This document shows, piece by piece, positions 13,100-25,035 of a stretch of DNA of 64,000 nucleotides. The position numbers and the translations under genes were made by a program. This DNA is from Sporopachydermia quercuum (Eukaryota). Numbering within the stretch: position 1 is the first letter of the stretch; each line of letters begins with the position of its first letter. Under the pieces are notes generated by a model. The model ran no database searches. It was not told where the DNA came from and saw nothing but the letters and a program-made list of their open reading frames with translations. The stretch covers positions 186,001-250,000 of the forward strand of contig BCGN01000012.1 of the NCBI GenBank assembly GCA_001599295.1, written 5' to 3'.

Positions 13100-14205
13100 T
13101 GTTCCTGAATTAGATTTCTGTGAAAATAAGAGCAAAAATAATGGTAATGGCAGTGAACAGTGGCCAAGTCTTTGTTACAATGGATTTTCTATGATAGTTG
13201 TAATAACAATCTAACCTAACAGTTATTCTTCAAATAAAGAACCTACAATGCTTTTCAAATCTTTCAATAGCAAAAGCAAAGGAGTAGTAAATATTCTTTT
13301 TACTGTTCTTCTAATTTCTATTAATGAATATAAAGAAAAAAGCTTTAATTAATGAGGAATTATTGTACCCTTATATACAAATGAGACAGTGTATTGAATC
13401 ATCAATGCTCATCACAATTGTGATTCAAGGAAATAGAGTTTCCACGTAAACTAATTACAGAGGCAAAACCGGCGCAGGGATACGACGTCATCATCGTTTC
13501 CTGAGAAATTTGCATGTGAAAGTTTAAGAGAAAGAAAATTGGAGAAGAGATGTGAAGTGCTGAGTTCGTTAGCGCTCGTGACAAACAACACACTTGGCAA
13601 ATGAATTGTTGATGCTTGTCTGACAAACAACGGATTGGCGAAATAGAAAATAGGTTTACTTGTATATAAATGGAGCTCATCAATAGCCTTTGCCATATAT
13701 TAATTCTTAATTTTATTTACTATGATGGTCATGTTGTTTTGTTCAAGTGGATGGCCTGACGGATTTGTGTAGAAGATTAAGGAACAAGTTGCTCGAACTG
13801 GCCTTTACCTTACTCAATGGCCATTGGGTAGACTTGAAAGCTTTACATACGTGTAATAGATATAGGAGACTAAGCGGCAGAGAATATTGAGTATGAAGGA
13901 AATACAACATATACGTTCTTTTTTTTATCTACCTTGAACTTGTTAAGTTGAAAGATCTTTGTAGGGAGGGAGATGCACTGTAAGACCATTAACAGCTAAT
14001 AATTACCAATTGTTCAATGAATGGTATTCAATAAACGGTCCTTTATGGAGTGTTTGGTAAACCGAAAGAATTTTCATTAGCCTATCTTTTATTCTACTAT
14101 ATTTGAGAGACTAGTATCTATATTAACCACGGGATTTGAATGTCATGATCTTATTTTTTTGTTTTGTAAGGTTAACTATTTACCTAAGCATTTGCTGATA
14201 TCAAT

Positions 14206-15237
14206 TTATAGAAGGGTTTCACCTAAGGCACACCTTACAATAGAACACGAAGCAGCAATTGTATCAATGACATGTTGTTCAGCGCCCAAATGAGGATTAC
14301 ACTCAACCAAATCCATTGCCACCAAATCTTGAGTCTCAGCAATAGCTTCTGCTATGTATAAACCTTCACGCAATGTTAAACCACCACGAACAGGTGTACC
14401 AGTACTAGGCATGAACAAAGGATCGATAGCATCTACATCATAGGAAAGGTGAATGGGTCGATCGCCATTTGGATTAATCTTTTCTAATGCCATTTCTACC
14501 ACTTTTGCTATACCGTATTTATCAATATGATGCATAGAAAAAGCTGCAATGTTTTTTTCTCGTAAAATTTTCTTTTCGGCGGCATCAACATCTCTTAATC
14601 CAATATATGCTATTCTATCAGGAGATAGACATTTGGGTACCCAACTGAACGGTTCAGGTGCGGGTTCTTCTAAGTGCATTAAAAATGAGATAGGACAACC
14701 GTGAATATTACCTGAATCTGTTGTCGATGGAGTATTAATATCAGCATGAGCATCAATCCAAAGTAAACACGCGTCTGGATATTGACTTTGAACACCTGCC
14801 ACTGTTCCAATGGAGATTGAATGATCTCCTCCAATTGTCAAAGGAAAGTGTTTCTTCTGTACTGTTTTAGTAACTGCATCAGCTACAATTTTACATGAAT
14901 TTCCAACATATCTAGGACGTTTGAGCTTTCCACTATTATCATCGGATTCTACCATTGGGAATTTCAGTGGTTCGTTTAGTTGAACATCCCAGTTCAACGA
15001 TTCAATTTGCTTGACGATTCCATTTTCTAACAGAGACTCTGGGCCTCTATCAACACCAGTTATTCCTTGACCTCCTGAAAATGGGGCTTGGATAATCTCC
15101 AATTTTCTGTCTTTATAATAATTGAATGTAACTGCAAATGGTTAATTAATGATCATTGGTAGCATAGTTCATTAGTTTACAGGATCACGAAGGAATCCAA
15201 AACTGAATATAGATACTAAATATTACTTACTTGACAT
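14206..15237 (-). CDS. CAR1: Arginase; exons 15237-15231 and 15131-14206
   Basis: Motifs [24 protein letters not shown] and [10 protein letters not shown] 99-nt GTAAGT..CAG intron (15230-15132) gives the N-terminus [24 protein letters not shown]. Confidence 0.95.
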
Positions 15238-15524
15238 GATTGCTGATTGCATCAATGTTATTTAGTATACTGTTATAATATCTGTTGTTTCTGTTTCCAA
15301 ATGAGCACTTGTTACGCTTCTTGTGAACAGGGGATCTACACCAATACTACTATACTGGATGATCTATGGCTTTAACTGATGGACAAGTATGAATCACAAT
15401 GCTTTATTGGGACTTCTACTACTCCAACTAAGTCAATATCTTTAGCCAATTGGTTTTTCATTACAATGTTCATTCAACAGGAAGAGAAATAACTTTGGGA
15501 TGCCACCTAATTTATATCCCTATC

Positions 15525-16179
15525 CTTATCAAGGAGCGTCATTTTGTTGAATCGGCTCAAAGGTTTTTCCTGCCTTTAGGGACGGTTGATCTTTTTTTCT
15601 TTCAGTTAAAGGCAGGAGTTGGAGATGAGGCACAAGAAAAGAAGGTTTGAGATTAGACGCGGTTTGATGTATCGTATAATAGAGTTTGACTATCATTTCC
15701 CATTCCTTGATAAGTGCAAGCTTTGCTGTTTGATGATTGAGACAATGGGCGCTTTGATATAGCCGAAAAGTGTGGTTTGTATTTATATTGGTAATACAAA
15801 GAGATGAATCATGTTTTAGCTTAGTGTTAAATCAACGATTACCATTGCAGTCGTTCCTGAATAGCTGATAATCAGGAATGCAAGGAATACAAGGGAACCT
15901 CAATAGAACCAAACTCTATTTAGGTTTGTTTATCTAGATATTTAAAGTTTTTGGTACCTCTAAAGGCAACGAAAAACGATACCTTCTTTTGAGATCTTGG
16001 CTGGTAATACAATTCATTATCTATCAACAATGGAAAAATAAGACTGTAACAACTCGCTGGAGTAGTTATTACTAGCAAAAATTAACAAAAATTAAATGTT
16101 GTCAAATAACGTTCAAAGTTTCTACGTCATTCTCTTTAATTGACTGTTTTCAGAGTGTTTTTGAGCTGCATTCCTTATC
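15525..16179. promoter_or_regulatory. GATA (GATAAG) sites upstream of CAR1
   Basis: CTTATC at 15525 and 16174, GATAAG at 15709. Arginase is known to be under nitrogen catabolite control. Confidence 0.4.
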
Positions 16180-16985
16180 TTCATCGTACCTGTCCATCTC
16201 CCTGCACTACTTACAAACTTGACATACTTGATTAGATAATCTTATACTTAACGGAGATTACTGATTATGCCACTACATTATATACCTCTAAGACCCTTTT
16301 TGCAAATTCATCCAACGCGGACCCTAGCATTTCAGTTCGGAGACCCCAAATTTTCCAATTCGCAACCTGGTATGGGGTGTTGTTCAGTCTCTGCAAGCAA
16401 AAATCCCAACTTTATTCTTCCTCCTCATGCAAAATTCATGCAGATGTGGCGACCGCTCGGCAATGAGCTCTGGACCCCTGTATGAATTTAATAAAACATC
16501 CGGCTTTAATAAATTACGGATAGTCACAGCATTAATAGATCCGATTGAAAATATATGGAGATCAGCGCCCCAATAGAAACGACAAAGCATTCATATTGCT
16601 TAGTTGAGAGCTTATATTGTATTGCTTGCTGGTATTGTTCGTACTCTGCAAACAAGACTTCTGTTGAACAATACGTCCAGAAGGTATCAACAGGACTTAT
16701 TATAGAAATACTTGAAAAGTGCTTACTATTCATTTATATACACTACTGGTTGAAATTGAAATACAACCAGATTGAAAAGTAAATGTCAAAATTTGAGCAG
16801 ATTTTTGATTTAGAACTTGATATGTATGGTTCCTAATTACCAGTGATTGCACCAGCTGCATTTATTGCATATTCGTCTTCGGAGTATCACATAAAAGAAT
16901 AATTGTCCGTCATCCATCACCAAAACTCAACGTAACGTCAAATCAGTCACATTCGAACCTTATTTCACACCATCCTCACATCAGA

Positions 16986-19355
16986 ATGTCCAGCAGACCA
17001 AGATCAAAAGCTAGACGCGATAGGGACCGCGAAAGGTCTACCTCTACTGCTGCTGGGTCTTCAGGTAGCCCTTTAGCTCAACTAACAGAATCCCTGCTTA
17101 CGAAACTAGGATTACCTGCTAATACAGATTTGAAAGATTCATCATTCAAAGTGCTCCCCATACCACCATTAGACGTGCTAACAGAAGTAGAATCAATACT
17201 GAAAGAACTATCAAGTACTCTCGATCAGCTCAATGACCGCGATAATGAGCTTCTCACTTACTGTAAATCTCTGGCCCGTGATATTCCATCAAAAGGATCC
17301 AAGAAAGACAAGTCATTATCTAAAGTGGAAGAAAACAATACAAGCGATTCTGAAAAGGACAGTACAGTCAGAAAAGGGCGATCAAAACGTCCTAGTTCTT
17401 CCCTTGAATCTCGTGAGGAAGCATCCAAAGGACCAAAAGGGTCTAAGGGAAGACCAGGAGCTCAATCTCGGAAAAAAAGACAAAGCGGTAAAACTAGAAA
17501 ATTTGGAGATGATGATATACTGTCAGACACGTCAGATTATGAGCCAAAGGCAAAGAGAGCTAAGATTTCTGATGATAAGAGTGTAAGCCGTGAAGATAGC
17601 GAAGAGCCACTAATGGCATCTGTTCAAGAGGATAAAATAACAGAAAAAACTCCTGTTACATCCACAACTGCTACTGATGAGTCCTCAACCCTCGATATAC
17701 CTCACACACCCACCAAACCTGCAATAGAAACTGAAAAAGCACTGATAGAATCTCCCAAAGTCAAACAGGAACTTGATGTTGAAGATACTTTTGATAAAGG
17801 TCCTCTCTCCGACGAAATATTTGAAGAGTTCCATACACCACCAGAAACCCGTAAAGTATACGAAAAGAACCCGAAAAGTGAGTTTGTTTTACCTCAGACT
17901 TTGCCTTATGCTGCTTTGAACTTGTATGATGAGAATGCTGACGGGTTACCAAAAACCGGTGAAGAATATCTTAAGAGGAAATATGCCGTTGCTTCATACC
18001 CTATGAGTGATTTACAAGATTTACTACCAGGAGTGATCCCGGACATGGATTTTACCAAGGCTAAGCCAGCTAATCAAGTACAATTCTCAACATTTCTTAC
18101 GTATATAGAGCCCTATTTTCGGCCATTTGTCGATGACGATGTTAACTTCTTAGAGCAGAAGCATGTGGGACTGAAGAATAGCAATGTTGTCTCGGACCAA
18201 TTATCGCCATATGTTATTCCAAAACTAGGACCTGTTTATACAGACGTATGGGCAGAAGAAGACCAAAGTACGGATTTGTTTAAAATATCCCCAGCTCCAG
18301 CGCAGGATGCATCATTGGTTCAACCAAAAAGCTCATCTGAAGCTATTTCTGACCGTTATTTGGTAACTAATGAGATTTCGTGCGGTCCTTTAGCTTCTAG
18401 ACTCTTGTCTGCTATCCTCAAGGACGAATTGGACGACGTTTCATCACCTGTTCCTTCTGGAGATTCTCGTGGTGAATTAGACTCTGATAAAGATCGTGAT
18501 CGCGAACCTGAACGTGATCAGACTTCAACTCCCGGTATTTCTAGCTCTCCTGCTACTCCTATGGCCAATGGTCATGCCAACAATCAGTCCAACAGCGTAG
18601 GTAAACCATTGACTGTATCAACAACAGCTCTTCCTGATCATAAAGGCTGGAAAGCCTTTGCTATCAAGACCGATTATGAGGATATTGAAGAGCGCCTGAA
18701 ACGGGAATTGAAGTATATCGGCATTTTAATCAACGTCCCTGGGAAAGAAGATGGAACTAATACTAATGATGGTGTTAATGGTAATGCTACTTCATTAGGG
18801 TCTGGAGCCTCAAATGGCAACGAAAATGGTAGCGTGAATGTGAACGGTGGCTCAGGGGACCCTACGTACAACACCGGAGAAATCGACTGGGTGTATGGAA
18901 GAGAAGATGACGAAATTTGCGTTGAAATCAGAGAATTACAAGCAAAACTTCGCCAGGTGACTAAAGCAAATCAAGCTCGCAAAGCAAGGCTAATTCCTAT
19001 TGTCAGAGAGCAAATGGCCTACCAGGAGTATCTACAGATATTAGAAGACTTGAATAAACAAGTCGATCAAGCGTATTTGAAGAAACTGAAAGCCCCAAGG
19101 TCGAAGAGAAGGAAAGGACCACATACTCACCATGTACCGCATCCACCTACTGGTGCTCAAATGGCAGCTCAATCAGGTCTTCGTTCCCTATTGGAAAAAC
19201 GTAATAAATGGATCACCAAGATTGGGCCAGTGTTCAAGAGTGATTTAGAGATGAGAAGAGTACCGAGAACCAGCTTATTTGCTGGTTGGGAATATGATAG
19301 ACTTGATGAAGATGAGGAGGAAGAAGAAGCAGAAGAAGAAGAAGTAGTGGCTTAG
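16986..19355 (+). CDS. NGG1: SAGA/ADA histone acetyltransferase subunit Ada3
   Basis: Motifs KNPKSEFV, KYAVASYP, DFTKAKPANQVQFSTF, EERLKRELKYIG and REDDEICVEIRELQ. Confidence 0.92.
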   Translation: MSSRPRSKARRDRDRERSTSTAAGSSGSPLAQLTESLLTKLGLPANTDLKDSSFKVLPIPPLDVLTEVESILKELSSTLDQLNDRDNELLTYCKSLARDIPSKGSKKDKSLSKVEENNTSDSEKDSTVRKGRSKRPSSSLESREEASKGPKGSKGRPGAQSRKKRQSGKTRKFGDDDILSDTSDYEPKAKRAKISDDKSVSREDSEEPLMASVQEDKITEKTPVTSTTATDESSTLDIPHTPTKPAIETEKALIESPKVKQELDVEDTFDKGPLSDEIFEEFHTPPETRKVYEKNPKSEFVLPQTLPYAALNLYDENADGLPKTGEEYLKRKYAVASYPMSDLQDLLPGVIPDMDFTKAKPANQVQFSTFLTYIEPYFRPFVDDDVNFLEQKHVGLKNSNVVSDQLSPYVIPKLGPVYTDVWAEEDQSTDLFKISPAPAQDASLVQPKSSSEAISDRYLVTNEISCGPLASRLLSAILKDELDDVSSPVPSGDSRGELDSDKDRDREPERDQTSTPGISSSPATPMANGHANNQSNSVGKPLTVSTTALPDHKGWKAFAIKTDYEDIEERLKRELKYIGILINVPGKEDGTNTNDGVNGNATSLGSGASNGNENGSVNVNGGSGDPTYNTGEIDWVYGREDDEICVEIRELQAKLRQVTKANQARKARLIPIVREQMAYQEYLQILEDLNKQVDQAYLKKLKAPRSKRRKGPHTHHVPHPPTGAQMAAQSGLRSLLEKRNKWITKIGPVFKSDLEMRRVPRTSLFAGWEYDRLDEDEEEEEAEEEEVVA

Positions 19356-19662
19356 GAGGACTAGAAACTGAGGCTGAGATTGACTGAGGCCGAACTAGGG
19401 GAATGCCATTGCCATAATCAATCCTATGTCTACATCTCTATTATTTCTCTCTACTCTTATTGAGTGAAATAAAAACACCCAGTTTAAATGTCTGTTTGTT
19501 GATACGAGAAGTAAGTAAAACACACCTGTAACCAATGTATATTATAATCTATATCATATCACATTCGTAGGCAGATTATACACACACGACATTCACAATC
19601 ATCGATTTACACTAATAACTTAGAAATAGGTCAAATTCAAGCTCTAGATTATATCACTCATT

Positions 19663-21066
19663 CTATTTTCTATATGATAGAATCTTTTCATAGTCCGGTA
19701 AACCGGTTATAGTTCCAAGAGCTACCAATGCAACAGGTTTATCTTTGATATGCTTTTCAGCCCAAGCACGCACGTCTTCAGCAGTAATGGAATCGATTTT
19801 TTCAAATACTGCTAGTGGAGACATACGAGCACCTGTAGTAACCAACTGCCTACCGATATCTTCTGCTACAGCTGTGGTCCCATCTAACGACATCAACAAT
19901 GAAGATTTCAACTGAGATTTAGCAATTTCAACGTCCTCCGGGTCAATCTGCTTTGTTAAGGAGTCCCATTGTATCATTATTCCTTGCATTAACTTCTCCA
20001 AGCCGTATTGGTTCTCAGAGACAAGATAAACACCCCATAAACCAGTATCAGAATATGAAGTTGAGAATGACATAAATGAGTTTGCTAATTGATAATTATG
20101 AATGATATTGAGTAGCGGCGAGTTTGATTTGGAAATATTACCTGTGGCTCTATCGTAATTACCAACCAAAGCATGAGCAATTAATGATGTGAAATAGTCT
20201 GGAGATTTCCACGACACACCTTCGACAGTCATAGCAATATGAACAACAGGAATAGATTCGTCAGAGATTCTCATCTCATCGCCATGAAAAACAGGCTTAT
20301 TGTTAACGTATCGAGATCCCAAGGGTAAATTATCTCCCGAGGAAGTCAGTTTACCGAAGGATGCTTCAGCCAACGCAACAAACTCATCATGGTCTACTGC
20401 CCCTGTTCCTACTAGGACCATTCTATCAGCCTTATAGTTAGTTGAGATATAGTTTTTCAAGTCAGTTTGTTGAATAGATAAGATATTCTTCTTGGGCCCT
20501 AATATTGTTCTGCCTAAAGGTTGATTTTTGAAGCAGATTGAATGCAAATGATCAAAAACAACTTCATCGTATAATTTATCAACTTCATCTGATTCTCTAA
20601 TAATTACATCACGTTCTCTTTCAATAGCTTTCTTCTCAAGCTTGGAATTCTGTAAAATATCGGATAAAATATCAACTGCTGTTTTAACATCATCACGAAA
20701 TGCTTTAGCATAGAAGACTGTGGACTCTCTACTTGTATAAGCATTCAAATGAGCTCCTATATCTTCTATTTCTAGTTCTAGTTGATACTGGCTTCTATGT
20801 TTGGTTCCTTTGAATGCAAGATGCTCTAGAAAATGTGCCGTACCATTATTTTTCTCGTTTTCTGCTCTGCTTCCAGCGTCAATCCACATCCCAACTGTTG
20901 CAGTTTGAATGTTGGGAGATGTTTCTGTGGCCACTGTTAAGCCATTTGGTAAAATAGACACTTTGGCTTGTGGGATTCCTTCTGTTGCTGTAGCAAATAG
21001 TCTACTGGTGTTCACAGACCTCAGTAGAGATCTTTTTGTGAGCTGTCTGATACCAGTTGACAACAT
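19663..21066 (-). CDS. MAS1: Mitochondrial processing peptidase beta subunit
   Basis: M16 zinc motif HFLEH, LNAYTSRE, and a mitochondrial presequence. Confidence 0.93.
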   Translation of the reverse strand: MLSTGIRQLTKRSLLRSVNTSRLFATATEGIPQAKVSILPNGLTVATETSPNIQTATVGMWIDAGSRAENEKNNGTAHFLEHLAFKGTKHRSQYQLELEIEDIGAHLNAYTSRESTVFYAKAFRDDVKTAVDILSDILQNSKLEKKAIERERDVIIRESDEVDKLYDEVVFDHLHSICFKNQPLGRTILGPKKNILSIQQTDLKNYISTNYKADRMVLVGTGAVDHDEFVALAEASFGKLTSSGDNLPLGSRYVNNKPVFHGDEMRISDESIPVVHIAMTVEGVSWKSPDYFTSLIAHALVGNYDRATGNISKSNSPLLNIIHNYQLANSFMSFSTSYSDTGLWGVYLVSENQYGLEKLMQGIMIQWDSLTKQIDPEDVEIAKSQLKSSLLMSLDGTTAVAEDIGRQLVTTGARMSPLAVFEKIDSITAEDVRAWAEKHIKDKPVALVALGTITGLPDYEKILSYRK

Positions 21067-21602
21067 TTTGGTTCTTTTACAATGTCCTGTCCTGTCGACT
21101 ACAATGAATGATCGCCTATGTGGAGAGTTGGTATTTGATCAGAATGGTTGATATTTTTAGATATGAATATAACTTGGAACTTAAAGGGCAAGTTGATAGT
21201 ACAACCGCTTGAAACGTTATTAAACAACTATTTATGTCGTTAAGATTGGTACATAAGGTTCTATTAACCAAAGTGACGGAGATACTGTTTCACTCATTGC
21301 CCTGATTGAATGATTGCTTAGAAAGGTGGAAAAGACCAGACTAAGTGAAAGGGGCAAATTAGGAATGAGACGTGAAGACAAAAAAGGGTGGTTCAGGAGA
21401 TAATATGGGAGCAGAGATTATACTTGAGAAGTGAGTAAATTTCGGAGATGATGAATTCTTTTGATAACGGAATCGAGAATGCTTTCCACGTATGGATGTG
21501 AATAGCGCGGATGAATCGTTTGTAATTCCAGGGAAGTTGAATCTTCATTTTCAAGAAGTCAGGGATCTAGAGATGATACTGTATATGTGGTATTGTCGTC
21601 GG

Positions 21603-21896
21603 ATTGGCTAAATTACAGTGAAATGAGATAATATAGTTATTATTTCTCAACAGAGAAACAGAGAGGTCTATTGGTCTTCTAATTGCTCCTATAGTCAAAC
21701 ATTCTCAGTCAATTAATCTCTCCTATATCCTGTTGGAAAACCAAATAAAACCTGTCTCACATGATCCTAACCTCCACTCCATGGGTACATCAACCAATCA
21801 AAGCCAATAAAATATGATTACTACAGTAATACCAAAACAGAAAACTCTCACAAATTAAAGGGAGAATGTTTGGGTGTATACCCCACACCAGCCAAT
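21603..21896. promoter_or_regulatory. CCAAT-box cluster in the divergent MAS1/SDH4 promoter
   Basis: ATTGG at 21603 and 21670; CCAAT at 21794, 21804 and 21892; CCCCAC (Mig1-like) at 21881. Both flanking genes are respiratory. Confidence 0.5.
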
Positions 21897-22607
21897 TAGG
21901 CCAAAGAGTTTGAGGGTAATTCAGAAGACTATTTATTTTTTGTTTCCTATTTCCGGATCATCACGGACCAACTGTTTTACAATTTGATGGATATCTGAGT
22001 TGTTATTATAAAGTAAATTGCCAAAATCAACTTCTAATCGATAGAAAACAGGATATCAATGTTTTGTACTAACATCATATCCAATTTTCTCTCATATTTA
22101 TTGTAGTTCCTCTCATGCTGTTTCTCTGGTATTCCCTCATCGATCTCTCCATTACCCCCAAAGTCATATAGACTATGTAAAAAACCGGAGGAACGTAAAC
22201 TCTATTTTTCTTATATATGAGAAATACTCAAATTATCATCGTTTTGTATGGGTGAACTGGGTTTTTGGGTCCTTCTTCTCCGCTTACTGCCAGACCAGAG
22301 AGTAAAGAAAAGAATTAATGATGACAGTTATAGTAGTGTTTTTATACTTCTCTATACAATAAAGCTCTTGCTAGTTGGATTAACCATCTGTTGTGCGTAT
22401 TTTCATCAAGCTCTTATTATAAACGATTATTCTGATATTATAGACTGAATAATTACTGAGTGTCAACACAGTCTTATCTATTAGCAGTGTTCAAATACTA
22501 TCATAACAAGACGTATAACAACACCAGGAGCTCATTCAGCACATAGAAATCTTCTAGAATACTCTACAGTACATCAAGGCAATATAATTCAATATAAAAT
22601 ATACGAA

Positions 22608-23099
22608 ATGAGTTTCAGAATAGCTACCAGGCCATTTGTTGGTTTAAGATCAACCCAAGCTTTAGCTGGCACATACAAATCTATTCATTTATTACCATTC
22701 GTACCAAAGATCCCCGGACCTCCTGGTAACATCTACGGTACCGTCAATGATGCTTATGTTGTTCCGCCAGCTGACAAAACTCACGGATCTATTCACTGGG
22801 CTGTTGAGAAAGTAGTATCCTTTGGTTTAGTTCCATTGACTATTGCTCCTATTGCTTTAGGTACCGCTTCACCGCTTGTTGACTCCGCATTGAGTGTCTT
22901 TTTACTCATTCACTGTCATGCTGGTTTCCAATCCTGTATCATTGATTATATCCCCAAGAGAGTTTATGGTAAATACCACGACTACTGCATGTATTTATTA
23001 GGATTAGGATCTCTTGTGAGTGCTTATGGTATTTATGCCATTGAGAAGACAGAAGAAGGTGGGTTATCAAGTGTTGTTAAGAAGGCTTTCACCGCTTAA
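22608..23099 (+). CDS. SDH4: Succinate dehydrogenase membrane anchor (CybS family)
   Basis: GTVNDAY, HGSIHWAVEK and HCHAGFQSCIIDYIPKRVYG, with three hydrophobic segments. Confidence 0.9.
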   Translation: MSFRIATRPFVGLRSTQALAGTYKSIHLLPFVPKIPGPPGNIYGTVNDAYVVPPADKTHGSIHWAVEKVVSFGLVPLTIAPIALGTASPLVDSALSVFLLIHCHAGFQSCIIDYIPKRVYGKYHDYCMYLLGLGSLVSAYGIYAIEKTEEGGLSSVVKKAFTA

Positions 23100-25035
23100 A
23101 TAGTTAGGAAATTATAATCTTGTGTGAATTCTGAAGGTATAATTTCGTCTTCAGATTTCATGTTATAGAAGTTTCGTTAAATTAGCATAAAAATAGATAG
23201 CTATACTATTAGCTTATAATATTATGATTTCTAAGTGGTCATTTTATTATATAGGTATAGAACTCCTATTTTGTTTTGATCTTTGGTGGATTGTTTGTTT
23301 TCCTACATATTTATTTATTTATTTATTCATTTATAATACTGATTATTTATATTGATTTGGCATTGTAGAACTGATACTTGGAGGCAAGTTTCAGAATGCT
23401 ATTATGTAGACATGCAAGTATAGATTTATGTAGCTATTATATGATACACCAAAAGTTACCTGATCTTATTGTCCTATAACAGCAAATTGACAAGAGACAA
23501 TTGCTGGACAACTGAGTCCTCTTGATACAACTACCATCATATCTTCGCCCATCCTCACAAACAATGGTCAGTGGACTATTACCAGTTCAAATAAACTAAC
23601 AAGGGCGTTACATCTAAGTTATCAGAGAGATGTTCTAGCAATATATCAGCTATATAACGTATAGCCTACTATGATGATCATATTATCAAACTTCTTAGTA
23701 TGAATAAGTGTGTCGATCTGACTGTCTAATACTTTATAAGCTTGATAGGTAAGGCAGGTTTGGTACTCTTGACAGACTTTAAACTGTAAATACACAATAT
23801 AAACATATATACAAAAATTGCAAGTACTTCATATTGGAAAAAGAATATTTTCATCGAACAGAATTAATCAATTAGTAAGTTGTTCTTCTGACAGTTAGTA
23901 TGCCTTCTGTATGATAGTTTAGAAGTATAGCTGGCACGTATGAACAATTAGTCCAGTTTTTGTAAATAGTCCAACTTCTTCATTTAAATGTACACAATGA
24001 AGCTTACGAGAAACTTCCGTGGAATACTTCCGTGGAATATCATAATATTCCTTCTTGTTGATGCTATTCAAGGGGATATTAAATGACCCCTGAATTGAAT
24101 CATTCGTTACAGAAAAATTATAGAGTGATTTTTATAGTTAGATAGATTCATTTAAGTCAATTAGTTAATAAAGCTTTCAAAGCGAACAAGTCATAAATTC
24201 ATTATATCTGATTATATTATAATTGAAAAATATACAGAGAGAGCATAAAATAGAGAAGGGGATTGCTGTGGGTATGAAAATATTTTAATCAACAGTATAC
24301 TAAAACTTCACCAGCTTCTTCATTATTCGGTTCTAAAACATCTTACTGTAATGTATAACAAGTAAGCATAATTTATCGAGCTCTTGTATAAACAGAAGAG
24401 AAACCATTACTCACAACGGTTCTGTGTAAACACCCGAGGATTTGTTTGACAGGTCATAATAGAAAAATATAGTTGACAGGAGAGAACTCAAGGGTAAGTC
24501 GTATATTTGTGAGAGTCCAAACAATATGAACTATCAACTGGTTGGAAAACAAGTAACCAAATACAGAACATCAAATCAGTGAAAGCTTGATCGCGAATGT
24601 CCAACTGTTCAGTGTACAGCTCCTCGGAACTTCATGAAGCCATAGGACAAGGGCGTCGACAATATAAACTGAGCGAACTCAGCATTCTTGAGTGGAATAT
24701 AGTAATTGTTATCTCAGCAAGACATTCTTATGCGCTTGTTTGTGCCATATCGTTTTCACCATTATATTTGCGGTCAGAAGTCAGGATAAAAATCATATCA
24801 TTAAGGGTATGATGCTACATAGCTCCTTAGCTTCGTCAATCAGCAGTTGGTGTCAAGTGACGTTTCTTAACAGGTAGCATGATGGTTTATAAAAAGTAGT
24901 CTATGATACTGAAAGTAAGACCTATAGTACTTTCTCATCATATGATTCCCAAGAATATCGCATAATTCATGTCACCTTTCATATGTTTCATACATTCATT
25001 ATCCTTTTAATTTTCGTATGGTATATTCTTTCTAG

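Noticed and set aside
16260..16530. GC-richer patch that might be a structured ncRNA or a 72-aa ORF
   Set aside because: No snRNA, tRNA or SRP motif recognised and the ORF is not protein-like. It fits the divergent CAR1/NGG1 promoter.
22318..22436. Possible C/D box snoRNA (ATGATGA ... CTGA)
   Set aside because: No convincing terminal stem or >=10-nt rRNA-complementary guide by eye. It would need snoscan or Infernal.
24400..24900. Fragmentary reading frames between SDH4 and CSN9 (possible pseudogene)
   Set aside because: Stops occur in all frames I read and no family motif is recognisable.
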